A stretch of DNA of 64,000 nucleotides from Azolla caroliniana. Its lineage: Eukaryota > Plantae > Polypodiophyta. The position numbers and the translations under genes are program-made. Below, piece by piece: positions 22,698 through 34,113 of this stretch (within the stretch, counting starts at the first letter, position 1; every line of letters starts with the position of its first letter). Below the pieces are notes generated by a model, which was not told where the DNA came from, ran no database searches, and saw only the letters and a list, made by a program, of their open reading frames with translations. The stretch covers positions 13,950,001 through 14,014,000 of the forward strand of contig JBHGNT010000006.1 in the NCBI GenBank assembly GCA_043228905.1, in the 5' to 3' direction.

Positions 22698-24485
22698 TTA
22701 TTCATATTTATTAAATTGGTACTTTATAAGTTTTTCACGTAGTGTACAAAATACACTACGACACTCGCCCCCTCCGAACCCGCACATCCTCCGGTATGTG
22801 CCGAAGTTGTCGGTGATTGTTAGTCTCGTCCGTCCATTCTCCGCATGGTTGGTTTCGTCGCTGGTCATTTTTGGTTGTCGGCCCCATTCGGTCTCCCGTT
22901 TTTGGTTGTCGACTTCGCCCGGTTTCCAGTTTTGTTCGGTTGCAGGCTCTATCCAGTCTCCAATTACCGGCCCTCGTAATTCATCTTTACTTGTAGTACC
23001 CTCCGTTTCTCTTGCTATGTCGGCTTTGTCTCTCCATTTTGAGCACATCCAATCTTTCCACCCGAACCATTGTCGCCATCCGATCCACCATAATCTTCGT
23101 TCATTCTTTGCATTGCCATGAGTGGTTGTCATGGTCCCTTGTGGTACTCTTGAGCATCTCGGTGTGTTGTCTCTCTCCACTCCGCGCTTGTCTTCCGTAG
23201 GTTCTACCCACGCGTCGATGTCGACCTCCGAATACGCGCTCGCTGTTAGGTCCTTGTGCGGCTTTAATGCATGCTTTATTTCTCGATGTTGCGCATGCAT
23301 CGTATTAGGCCGTAGCGCATGCTTCGTATTCCATCGTAGTGCATGCGTCGTATTACCCCGTAGTGCATGCTTCTTTTTGCACCGTAGCGCGTGCTTCTTT
23401 TTACGCCGTAGCACGTGCTTCTTTTGGTGCCGTAGTGCGTGCTCCGTATTACATGCTTCTCCCATCGTAGACCCGACCTTCGCGTTGTCATGCTTTTGTT
23501 TACATCGGAATTTCAGACGGATCATCTTCCATCCGAACCGGCTTCCGACTTTACCTTCCTTGCTGCCACCTCCCGTCTCTCCGGTCTCACGTTGGTTCTC
23601 GGACACAACCGCCGAAGTCTCTAGAATTAGTGGGTAGGAATCCTCGGTATTATCATCTTCCGTTGTTTCACCCATAGCCATGTTCTCCTTGGCTATCTCT
23701 CCTTTGTATGCATCGGCTTCGACCTTCGTTTCGTTGCCGCCACTTTCCTTATCTTCGGTGTTATGTCGACACCCGGGCTCGAGTACCGAAGTCTCCGAAA
23801 CAATGGTGAAGGAATCCCTTCGTTCGTGCTCATTTACTTTGTCTTCCTCGTTGCCCTTCCGGTCCTCCATTTTTCCGCCGACACATTCCGTCTCTCCGAT
23901 CTCACGTTGGTGCACGGGCACAACCGCCGAAGTCTCTGGAACCGGTGTGGGGATACCCTTTCGTCCTCGATCTTCCTCCTCCTCGTCCTTTGTTGGCCTC
24001 GACTTTGGTTCGGTTTTAAGCTCCCCTTCAATGTCGACTTGCGACTTTTCATGCATCTCCGAACCCTTCCGCATCAAGCTCTCCTTCGGTGGTAGTCGGT
24101 GGCCGCTTTTCACCCACTGTTGACCGCCGTTCGTGGACCATGTCCTCGTCCGCTTCGGTCTTAGATAGTCATATGTGTCTCGTATAGCTTCTTCAAAGGA
24201 CTCCCACATCGGGCTTTGTTGCCGTATCTCGTGGATTCTCTCTTGAAGCTCATCCGTAGCCACCCGGTTGAAAGATAACACTTGCAATCTTTCTGAGATA
24301 CCATATCGCAACATCTCCATTTTGTAGTCACGTAGATAGCGTGACACGTCCTTTCCATCGAATTGCCCGTTCTGTTGCACGAGCCGTTGTACTACTGTCG
24401 TGATCTCCGACATCTCGCGTTGTTCTTGTAGCATTCTCTCGAACATCATCATCATCATGTTCATCGCCTCTTGTTGATTCTCCAT
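22698..24485 (-). CDS. Gag-like protein with acidic middle region and basic KHAL repeats
   Basis: Intact ORF of about 595 aa. The N-terminal NGQFDGKDVSRYLRDY..W..FEE is homologous to gag at 61812; 8-aa repeats HALRxxKK. Confidence 0.85.
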   Translation of the reverse strand: MENQQEAMNMMMMMFERMLQEQREMSEITTVVQRLVQQNGQFDGKDVSRYLRDYKMEMLRYGISERLQVLSFNRVATDELQERIHEIRQQSPMWESFEEAIRDTYDYLRPKRTRTWSTNGGQQWVKSGHRLPPKESLMRKGSEMHEKSQVDIEGELKTEPKSRPTKDEEEEDRGRKGIPTPVPETSAVVPVHQREIGETECVGGKMEDRKGNEEDKVNEHERRDSFTIVSETSVLEPGCRHNTEDKESGGNETKVEADAYKGEIAKENMAMGETTEDDNTEDSYPLILETSAVVSENQRETGETGGGSKEGKVGSRFGWKMIRLKFRCKQKHDNAKVGSTMGEACNTEHALRHQKKHVLRRKKKHALRCKKKHALRGNTTHALRWNTKHALRPNTMHAQHREIKHALKPHKDLTASAYSEVDIDAWVEPTEDKRGVERDNTPRCSRVPQGTMTTTHGNAKNERRLWWIGWRQWFGWKDWMCSKWRDKADIARETEGTTSKDELRGPVIGDWIEPATEQNWKPGEVDNQKRETEWGRQPKMTSDETNHAENGRTRLTITDNFGTYRRMCGFGGGECRSVFCTLREKLIKYQFNKYE

Positions 24486-25477
24486 CTCCTTGCCACCCGC
24501 CTTCACGTCGGGTTCACCAACTGTGTCGTGCCTTTCGGCTCCGGATCGTTGCGTGAGTCGGGTGGGAACCGCTGGGGTTTTGGACTAGGAGGAAGAGGAA
24601 TAATTTAAGGCGATTTTAATTATGTATAGATTATTAGAAGCTTGTGAATCCCACAAGTATTACGTTAATCAATATTTATGTAAGAATATGAATTTAGATT
24701 GAAAGAGATAGGTTATATAAAACTTCGTGAATCCCACGATTATATTAATTGGTGTTTTTAGGAAATATATCCAATTTCCCAAATATTTTTCACACACAAT
24801 TACATTGTGCTTCCCATCCTTATGTAGTGATGAGGAAGTCTTAGTAATCCATGCTTTTTCTCTAACTATAGACCCCATGCTTTTCCTATAGATAGACTAT
24901 ATGCTTTATCTAAAGTGATCATGCTTTTTCTAACTTGTGCGTTTTTTTTATCAACTATAGCGTTCATGCACGCTAGATGTGCATGTGTAGCTTTTTCTTT
25001 TAGCATGCGTTTTCTTTTAACTAAAGTTTATCCTAGGTGAACTAAGCTTTCTATGTGGAACATCTATTTTTAAACACAAATGAAATGCTAGTGTAATGGT
25101 AAGACATTACATTATTAACATGGAGGTGCAAGGTTCGAATCTTGCCCTATGCATGTTATATAAATTTTAATATTTTCTACTATTTATTCATATTTATTAA
25201 ATTGGTACTTTATAAGTTTTTCACGTAGTGTACAAAATACACTACGACAACGGAAGTAATACAAAAGTAATTATTGCGTGTTTATCTGTATCTTCGTATT
25301 GTTTACCGTCTGTGCTTAATTGTAATCATCTTACGCGTGTAACCTAGCATCCAATCCTTACCACCCCTTTGGAGAAGTGTCGGATAGACACCTATGTTGA
25401 GGCTAGTCCGGCCAGGCAGACAACACTATTTTGGAGACCACGATTCCTGCAAAGTGCAGAGGACAACCGGGGGATGG

Positions 25478-27271
25478 ATGTCTAGACCAAACGACGACCA
25501 CATCACCGAACGAGGGAGACGATACACCGAACGCGAGCAACGACGGGAAGCCCTGCAGCAAGCCGTCGACGAGATCCGGCGGGATCGGTCATTCTCCAAA
25601 ACTCTTCGGAGAGTCGCAGAAGAAGCACTGCAGTTCCCGGTTCTGCAAATCCCCGACGAAGGCAGTAGCATAACAAGCCTGCAAGAGGCGGAAACGATAC
25701 TACAGACGCTCGCCGGGGGCGACGGGGACTCAGAAGCATTCGCAACCCTTGAGGCGGAGTCGGAAAGCGACGGAAGCGTTGCGTCCCGGTATAAAAGCAG
25801 CCACAACACACCAAACGACCAGGGGGAAGAGGGGTCGGAAGACTCAGTAACACCGGAGCCAGAGGAAGAAATAACCTGGGAATTCGGTGACCAGCAATCA
25901 CCGAGGGAGGCTGACCGGATACCGACAACAACCGCGAGGGAACCGAAGGAGCGGATACCGACAACACCCGCGAAGGAACCGAAGGAGCGGATACCGACAA
26001 CACCCGCGGAGGAACCAAAGGACCGGACACCGGCAACACCCGCGGAGGAACCAAAGGTTCTCACACCAACGCCAACAACGGACAAAGAGCGGAGGAAGCA
26101 GGAGAGTCAGTTGGACGACACGATGCCGTACCCATACCCAAAGTACCGGGATGAGGCCAACGCGGAGGCACACGTGTACGCATTCCTCCAAACATGGGAA
26201 GCCAACCATATCTCCCAAAGACTGACGGAGCCCGAAGCCGAACGATCCAAAGTCGCCGAATTCGGCATAACCTTAGAAGGACCGGCGGCCCGATGGCACG
26301 CAAAGCACTCACCAGGCAGCTTTGCCACATTCGATGCCTTGAAGGCTAGATTCCTCAGGCTCTTTCACAGACAAGTTGAGCAAAGGGAATTGGTCGGGCA
26401 GTTCTACACCACCCGGCAGGAAGAGAACGAGACTGTGCCACAATTCATCATTCGGTTTCAGACCCTGCACAGCCAACTGACGAGAGCACCACCCGAAGAC
26501 GAAGCCAAAGCAGTCTTTTTGGCCACGCTGAAAGAGCCACTTCGAACAATGTGCGGAGTCCTTGATTTCCACACCAGCACAATGGACCAAGTTATTGATC
26601 GGGTTTTAGAAATGGACAAGACTAGCCCCTTCTTGTCGATGGGGATGTTACACCGGGCACTCCCGAAGGAGGAAGACCTGAGGTTCCGACAGGACTTACA
26701 ATGCACAACATGCCTAAATTCGGGCCACTCAACAGTAGACTGCACCCTGCGGACACAATGTATGATCTGCAACTCTCGAGCCCATACAACGGACCAATGC
26801 GAATATAACTTGTTAAATTGGCCGGCAGCACCGGTTCCAAACATAGAACCGCGCAATCAGAACCCGGACGAGGATCGATTCCGGAGAGACGACCGCTACC
26901 AACGCGAACGCGGTAACAGATACGCTGATAGAAGACGCGATAACTATGACCGAGAGGAGAAACGCAGAGATAGCTACCCCCGGGACCGGTACGACCGAGA
27001 CGAATCCCCGGAATACGAACGACGCAGAGAAGAGAGGCGACAAGGGAACCGAAATTTCCGACGGAATCAGAAGCGTGGATTTTTCCGAAGAGAGGAACGT
27101 CGGGAGGCAGCGAGGAATGACAACCCGGTATCGGTACCGGATAACCAAAAAACCAAAGACGACCGCCGAAGCATACCCACCCTCCAAACCGGGGACAAAG
27201 GAGAAACGAGCAACAGTCACAAGGTGTACTGTTATTACTGCCGTAAGGAAGGCCACTATAGTAACCAATGA
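25478..27271 (+). CDS. gag: Gag of the OTA-like element (retrotransposon gag core, C/H fingers, 36-bp tandem repeats)
   Basis: ORF 25394-27271 with CTTCLNSGHSTVDC, CMICNSRAHTTDQC and CYYCRKEGH; four 12-aa repeats (RIPTTPAxEPK-like) near 25913-26057. Confidence 0.88.
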   Translation: MSRPNDDHITERGRRYTEREQRREALQQAVDEIRRDRSFSKTLRRVAEEALQFPVLQIPDEGSSITSLQEAETILQTLAGGDGDSEAFATLEAESESDGSVASRYKSSHNTPNDQGEEGSEDSVTPEPEEEITWEFGDQQSPREADRIPTTTAREPKERIPTTPAKEPKERIPTTPAEEPKDRTPATPAEEPKVLTPTPTTDKERRKQESQLDDTMPYPYPKYRDEANAEAHVYAFLQTWEANHISQRLTEPEAERSKVAEFGITLEGPAARWHAKHSPGSFATFDALKARFLRLFHRQVEQRELVGQFYTTRQEENETVPQFIIRFQTLHSQLTRAPPEDEAKAVFLATLKEPLRTMCGVLDFHTSTMDQVIDRVLEMDKTSPFLSMGMLHRALPKEEDLRFRQDLQCTTCLNSGHSTVDCTLRTQCMICNSRAHTTDQCEYNLLNWPAAPVPNIEPRNQNPDEDRFRRDDRYQRERGNRYADRRRDNYDREEKRRDSYPRDRYDRDESPEYERRREERRQGNRNFRRNQKRGFFRREERREAARNDNPVSVPDNQKTKDDRRSIPTLQTGDKGETSNSHKVYCYYCRKEGHYSNQ

Positions 27272-30200
27272 CAAGCAGCCGGAAGTCAACATGGTTACAG
27301 CCGAAATAACAGAAGTACAGCAGGTCACAACCCGGTCAAAGGGAAAGACTGCCAAGAGGGAAGCCCAGGAGGCAATCAGAAAACAAGCGGCGCAATGGAT
27401 CAAGGAGGCCAATGAACAGAATGCGGCAGAAGTAAGAGACCAAAATATGCCAAAAGACGAAGAAATCATACAGCCAGGAGAAAACCCGACGTGGCAAGCG
27501 GTACAGGACTGTCAAATCATGTTGCCGTTAGCACGGCTACTACAGTTGGTGCCACGGTTTACGGCAGACTTACAGGCATCCGTGAGCAAACCGAAGCCGA
27601 CACCAACACCGGCATTCTTCTCCAACCCGGAGGAAGGACCAGCGGTGGTCGATACAAGTAGCCCGGCGATCACGGCAATCGTGAAAGGAAAGGAAATTGC
27701 TTGAACGATTATTGACGGAGGCTCCGGGGTAAATGTCATCAGCTGACAGACATACAATAACCTGGGCATCCGGGAATGGGAACCATGCCCCTTCTGGTTA
27801 CGCATGGCGGATACCAGCTCAGTCCGACCGACCGGGCTTATCCAGGATTTGGAAGTAACGATCGGAGGCCACGTATTCCGGATATCGGCTGTGGTGCTGC
27901 AGCTGAATGTACAAGGCGCGTACCCCGTACTTCTAGGACGACCATGGCTGTGAACGGCGCATATCAAGCAGAACTCGCAAAAGAACATGATCACATTCCG
28001 GCGAGGGAAAACAAAGGTACGAGTAACGACGCAACCACGCGTGATCGCCAGTAAGGAAGCAACTCCATTGTATGCGGAAAGCATCAACATGTTGGAGGGA
28101 TTACCGGACGAGGAAGTCGAGCGGTACCTCGAGGAACACCCACGAATCGTCCCACTATTTGAGGTGGATATCACGGCGGCAGTAGAACTGTACATTACGA
28201 CGCCGGATGAACTGGACCAAGCGGCGATCCGGGAACTGCGACAAGCGCAGGAATCCCTAGAGAGGGAAATGACGATATCCCAGAGGGTAAAAGCATCCCA
28301 ACTAGAGGAGGTGGACCTCGGCACAACAGACAAGCCCCGACCGGTAAATGTCGCAAAGGAATTGCCGAAGGAAAAAAAGAAGGCAATGGTAGCATTATTA
28401 ACAGACTTCAAGGATGTGTTCGCGTGGTCGTACGAAGACATGCGAGGGCTGGACCCCCAGCTCTATCAGCACCAAATTCACCTAAGTACGGACGCGAAAC
28501 CGATCGCTCAACGCAGGTACCGGATGAATCCGAATTATGCGGCGAAGGTGAAGGAGGAAATTGATAAGCTCCTCCGGGTCGGAAATTGAAGGAGGCAACC
28601 TGGCTGAGTCCGATAGTGGTGGTTCTGAAAAAGAACGGCAAAATCCGGGTATGCGTGGAATATCGCAAACTAAATACCGCAACAGTGACCGATGCGTTTC
28701 CACTACCATTTACGGACGGGGTGTTAGATGCGGTAGCCGGCCACGAAGTTTACAGCTTCCTGGATGGATTTAGCGGCTACAACCAAATACGAATGAACCC
28801 GGTCGACCAGGAGAAGACAACGTTCGTTACGGAATGGGGAGTGTTCGTCGCGGTCGTGAGGATGTTCGGACTAAAGACGGCTCCAGCGACCTTTCAAAGG
28901 ATAATAATGGAAATTTTCGGGGAATATATCCCCGGTTTTATGCAGGTCTTCCTTGACGATTTCGCGGTCTACAGCCGGCACGGAGAGCATCTCGATCACC
29001 TCCGGCTGTGCTTGGAGAAGTGCCGCGAGTACCGATTGAGCCTGAACCCGGCCAAGTGCGTCTTTGGAGTGGCAAGCGGCAACTTACTAGGGCACGTGGT
29101 GAGTAAGGAAGGAATCGCGGTAGATCCGGATAAAGTCAAGGCGATTCTCGAGGCACCAGCACCAAATAACGCAAAGGCTTTAAGCCGGTTCCTGGGCCAA
29201 ATAAGGTGGCATAGCCGGATGATACGGCACCTCACAGACTTCCCTACACCATTCCATACCGCCGTACACAGGGTACCCTTCCTATGGGCGGAGACGGAGG
29301 AGGAAGCCTACCAAGCGTTGAAGGTTATGCTGTCGCAAGCTCCGGTGGTGCAACCGCCGGATTGGAGTAAAAGCTTTCACGTCTTCGTCGACGCGTCGGA
29401 GGTAGCAATCGGCAGCGTTCTGATGCAACTCACGGAGCCGAAATGGTACCGACCGGTGTACTACGCAAGCCGGAAACTCTCAAAAGCAGAACGGAATTAC
29501 TCTACGACGGAACGCGAGGAATTGGGAATGGTGTATAGTGTCACAAAGTACAGGCACTATCAGCTCGGAAGGAAGTTTTCCTTCCATGTCGACCATTCGG
29601 CACTACTCTACCTGGTCTCGAAGGCATCCCTAACGGGAAAAATTGCACGATGGACACTGCTGTTACAGGAATTTGAATTCGACATTTTCCACTGACCCGG
29701 GGCGCAGCATGCGGTAGCGGAAGCAGGGGACGGCGTCCAGGATGAGTTCCCCGACGCCGAGTTGTTCCGGATCACGACGAAACCGGCAACGGATGCAACG
29801 ATAGCCGATGAAGACACGTGGCTAACTGAGATGCATCAGTTCCTGAGCACCGGAGTACCCCCGGAGAACATGGACCGCGATGAAAGGAAAAGGGTAGCAG
29901 TAAGAAGCAGACATTTCTGCTTGGTTGGAGACACCCTCTATCACAAGGGGGCAGATGGCATCTGGAGACGAGCAGTGCGGAGCGATGAGAAGGATTTAAT
30001 CCTCAGGGAAGCCCACTGTGGAATTGCCGGCGGGCATTATGCCGGCGACGCAACCGCTCGGAAAATATGGCAGAGCGGACTGTGGTGGCCCACCACCCTA
30101 AAAGATGCCGTGAAGTATAGCAGAGAATGCGATTTGTGTCAACGACTGGGCCAACCCACGGAGCAGGCTCGGATGCCACACCACCCGGTCTTGCCTTTGG

Positions 30201-31267
30201 AACCGTTTCAAAAGTGGGGTTTGGACTTTGTTGGTCCCTTCAAGCCACCGGCAATGCGAACCGGAAATGGGTATGACATAGTGGCAACCGACTATTGCAC
30301 CAAATGGGTAGAAGCAAAGGCCTTACGGGACAACACGGCCGCGTCCACGACAAAGTTTCTGTACGAGTGCATATGGTACCGGTATGGATGCCCGATCGAG
30401 CTTATAAGTGACCAAGGAGGACATTTTCTCGGGCAGGTAGTAGAAAGCCTGACGTCATTTTACGCGGTGGTACATAAAAGGAGTACTCCCTACTACCCTC
30501 AAGCCAATGGACTAGCGGAATCAACGAACAAAACTCTGCAGAACATCCTACGAAAAATTGTCAACGAGAACCGGACCGACTGGGATACGAAATTGCAAAG
30601 CGCGCTATGGGCGTACCGAACAACGTACAAAACCAGCATCCGGACAACCCCGTTCCGACTAGCATTCGGTTTAGAAGTGGTCATGCCGGTAGAGTTCCAG
30701 ATCCCCAGCTTACGGATCCAGGTAAAGGAGCGCTTAAGTGAGAAGGAGTCCGAACGAATCCGGCTGGCGACGTTGTTGGAATTAGAAGAAAACCGAATAG
30801 CCAGCTTACTACAACTCGAACTGGAGCAAAGGAGGAGAAAAGCTTTCGTGGACCGACACCGGCGTGGCAACGAAAAGGAGTTCGAAGTCGGGAAACCGGT
30901 GCTACTATTCCAGACACGGATGGGGAACATGTCGGGAAAGTTGCGGTTTCGGTGGACCGGACCGTTCTGGATCACCAAGGAGTACAATGGGTCGTATCAG
31001 CTCGACACGTTATCTGGAGATGTCATCGGTAAGTGGGCAAATGGGTTTCGGCTAAAGCCGTATAAGGGAAATATGCCAGCCAACCCGTTCAAGCAAAACC
31101 CGGAAATCCGGCAAGATGAGGAACCGACACCGATAGACACTGCTGAAGATATTCGGACCGAGGAAGAACCGACACCGATACTGACAAAGACTATCCCGGA
31201 AAACCGACAGAAGGATCCGGTATCAACACCAACCGACCCGCACAAATCGGGGGGGACCAGAAGATGA
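27272..31267 (+). pseudogene. pol: Pol (PR-RT-RH-INT) of the OTA-like element, with stops and frameshifts
   Basis: IDGGSGVN protease near 27710; ORFs 27987-28589, 28586-29695 and 29762-31267. Confidence 0.92.
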
Positions 31268-31679
31268 CGTGGTCCAAACAAAGGAAAAAAAAAAAAAAAA
31301 AAAAGACGTGGGCAAAATCGACGCGAATCATAGTAGTGATGGGGAGATCACAAGAGGTGGGAGCGCCACCATGCAACGAAGAGGCGCCATGCATTAAAGA
31401 AGGACGTGCGCGTACTTGCTATTTAAAGCATGGAACGTGGGCACTCACACGCGGCAAATAAGAAAGGACATACTAATTATGGCGGGAGATGAACATGCGC
31501 GGGAAACCAAAAAGGGCGGCTCGAGGCAAAAGCCACTATATAAGACACAGGCCTGCGAAGGACTTACTTTTAACGAATTTTCCTACACACAGGCGTAGAA
31601 GCACAGAAGAGCGATCCGACGCACAGTGCACACACAGCCCGATCCCGAACAACAGACAGCAGAAGAAGAATTCGAAACA

Positions 31680-34113
31680 ATGGTACTGTCGGAGGAGGCA
31701 CGCCAATGGATGAGGGAGAACGGGTTAAAAGGATTGTTGAGGATCGCCGACGCTCCACCACACGCAGAACCAGAGGAGGCGGCAGCATCGATTGATTTAT
31801 CAGAAATCACGGAAGGAGCGGTGCAGGCGCTCACGGGGATAAAAGCAGGAGGACTTCAAACAATCGAAAACCCTTCAAGTGAAATCCTGTTCGAATATTT
31901 CGGTGAGTATTCTATTAGCAGCAAGGCGTACCGAACACAGGGCGGAGAGAACCTGTTGTTCGGAGAAGTGGCCCGCGCCATGATGGAGTACGGATTCGTG
32001 AATCCTCGTCCCCCGGCCATAGCCAGGTACCGGGCAACGTTCTTAATTGTAGCGTACGAAGGATTACAAGTGGACTGGCTTCATTTCATAACCGAAGGAT
32101 TGAAGGAGGCCATCAAGAATCTTGTGGAAGGAAAAAAGCCATGGGCCGGGATAGCACAATGGCTAACGGTGTTAATCCCACCGGTGCTCCCCATCACACA
32201 AAAGAAAAGAGGTCGGCAGGAGACGACACCGAAAAAGGTCACAAAGCGCCAACAGATCCTGGAGAAACACACCCCCGGATGGACCCAGCAAGAAGCAGAA
32301 CAACGGGGGGAAGGACCATCCCGACAGCAACAGGAACCAGCAACAAAGGCAAAACCGGCAGGAAAAGGCAAAGGGAAATGGGCCGAGGAGGAACTGGTAG
32401 CGCTCAAACCAATCAATATAACGCTGCGACGGCCGAAACCGGAACCAGAGGTCTTTATACAAAAGGTCTGTCTGGTAGCCGCACCGGAGGAGGAAGCTGA
32501 AATAGAAGACTCATCCGAACCACTGGTAAGACTCCCAGCAAGACAAGGTCGGGAGAGACGGGCGAAAGGACCGGCTCCACCAGTTGACAAAACTCAACAG
32601 AGGGTGCAAGGACCACCTCCAGTAGCCGAGGCGGAAGCGGTACCGGAACCCGTACCGAGGGAAGCAGCACCGACACAGGTTTTGTCGGACGTCAGAGAAC
32701 CGGTCATCCCAGAGAAGAAGGATGAACAAGCGTCGGAGCCAGAGAAAAGGCCGGAAAAACAACCTGAGTTAAGGAGTAGAAGTGAGTAAGGCCACCCCGA
32801 CACAGGAAGAACAAAGCCACAATGGCTGAGATGGCTTTCGGAGCAGTTATCGGGAGTAGCAGACCAGTTAGAGGAAGAAGAAACGTGTAGGCAACAGGTG
32901 ACGCATACAACAACTCAGGAGTTGGTCGCGCTCCGAACACAGATCGAGGAAATGCAAGGGGAGCTGTTGCAGGCAAGGGAAGGAATTCAACAAGCACCAG
33001 TTGTCACCGAGCCGGTCGGGACAACAAGGAAGCAACCAGAACCGGAACCGGAACCGGTAGCCTTACAAACCGGCCCTGAGACCGAAAAAATAATAGAAAC
33101 CTTACGAGAGCAGTTAAAAGCTCAGGAGGCATTAAGGGAAAAAGAAAGGGAGCAGCGGAAAGCGGTGGAGGACGACAGACGAAAAATGGAAGAAGGCCTC
33201 CGGAAAGGCCGAGCCACTAATGACCGACTGCAAGAAGAAAAAGAGAAGCTGCAAAAAGAGAAGGACCGACTGCGTCAACATGCCGAGCAGGAGATAGAAC
33301 GACTCCAGGAAGAACTCCGACAACAGAAGGACCGGGACGACCGGTTAAGAGCTCAGGCAAACCGACGCCTGAAGCAGAAGACGGAGGACTTCGACCGTCT
33401 CTACCGAGATCACAAGCAGGCCGAGTCGGACAACAAGAAACGGACAGCAGACTACGACCGGCAAATAGAGAAGCTGAAAGAATAGCTCAAAGAGACCCGA
33501 TTAGATCTGGCTAAGGCAATGGATGAGGTCAGTGCCAAAAAGGAAGCATTGTCGGCGGAAATAGCCCAAGCGACGGAGAGAAGGAAGGAATTAGAGGCGC
33601 TAAGGCGGGAAAAGCTGGATATGACTAAGATCAGGAATGAAGAAAAGGAAAGATCAACCTTCACGATCAGCAAACTGCAAAGTACCTATGAAAAGCAGAA
33701 AGCGGATTACGAGGCCCAGGCTCAGATAATGGCCGACATTATAAAACGGGCAAGGAAGGAAAAGCAAGAAGCTTATGCGCATGCTAAGGCGGGGGTTGAC
33801 CGGATCAAGCTCATCATGTCAGGTTGGAGTACCCGAGCTCAGGCAAGCATCAACGAAAGTACGGAAAAGCTATGGAAGGAGTGGTCACAACAGGCAGCCG
33901 AGTTGCAGACACTCCGAGCTGATGCCGAGAATCGGAGGAAGACCGGTGACAAGTTCTACAAAATGGATGAAGAAAGTATCGTCGCCATTCGGGAAGAATT
34001 GTCGGAGGATTTCTACGCTTTAGCGGAAGAACATCTCAAAGAAATCCGAGGGTTGGTAGAGAGGTTGGATGACGGGCAGCTCGCAACTCAGTTGGAGTTG
34101 GAGAAATACGAGC
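31680..34113 (+). pseudogene. Extra 3' ORF (about 800 aa): globular N-terminus, low-complexity linker and long coiled coil
   Basis: ORFs 31626-32789, 32898-33485 and 33519-34113 run sense and downstream of INT. A homologous segment lies at 42859-43074. Confidence 0.8.

Larger units (their letters stand above)
22038..25249 (-). mobile_element. Young gag-only (TR-GAG-like) gypsy element with tRNA-Trp PBS, inserted in the OTA-like LTR
   Basis: Apparently identical 726-bp LTRs 22038-22763 and 24524-25249 (TGTCG...CGACA), 4-bp TSD ACGG, PBS 24502-24519 and a PPT next to 22763. Confidence 0.95.
21820..34113 (+). mobile_element. Athila/OTA-like non-chromovirus gypsy element: 5' LTR (split), gag-pol and extra 3' ORF; 3' end lost
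   Basis: LTR 21820-22037 plus 25254-25425 and PBS 25432-25441. RT WLSPIVVV..FSGYNQI..FLDD, RH YYASRKLS, INT EPFQKWGLDFVGPF..PQANGLAE. No chromodomain and no additional archaeal RH seen. Confidence 0.92.

Noticed and set aside
23262-23455. CRISPR-like repeat array
   Set aside because: These are contiguous in-frame 24-bp coding repeats with no unique spacers, in a eukaryotic TE context.
27250-27290. Apparent programmed frameshift between gag and pol of the OTA-like element
   Set aside because: The Zn knuckle is cut (HYSNQ-stop, last Cys missing), and the related copy near 48290-48370 reads through in one frame (GHYALQCPHNQNGKLPAVN). A small deletion is more likely.
27512-28441. Long antisense ORFs over gag/pol (also 25426-26085, 61994-62722)
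   Set aside because: Shadow ORFs of GC-rich coding sequence with no independent motifs.
31285-31303. Poly(A) tail of a LINE/SINE or retrocopy
   Set aside because: No TSD or upstream retroposon body; A-runs after pol are ordinary in OTA-like intergenic regions.
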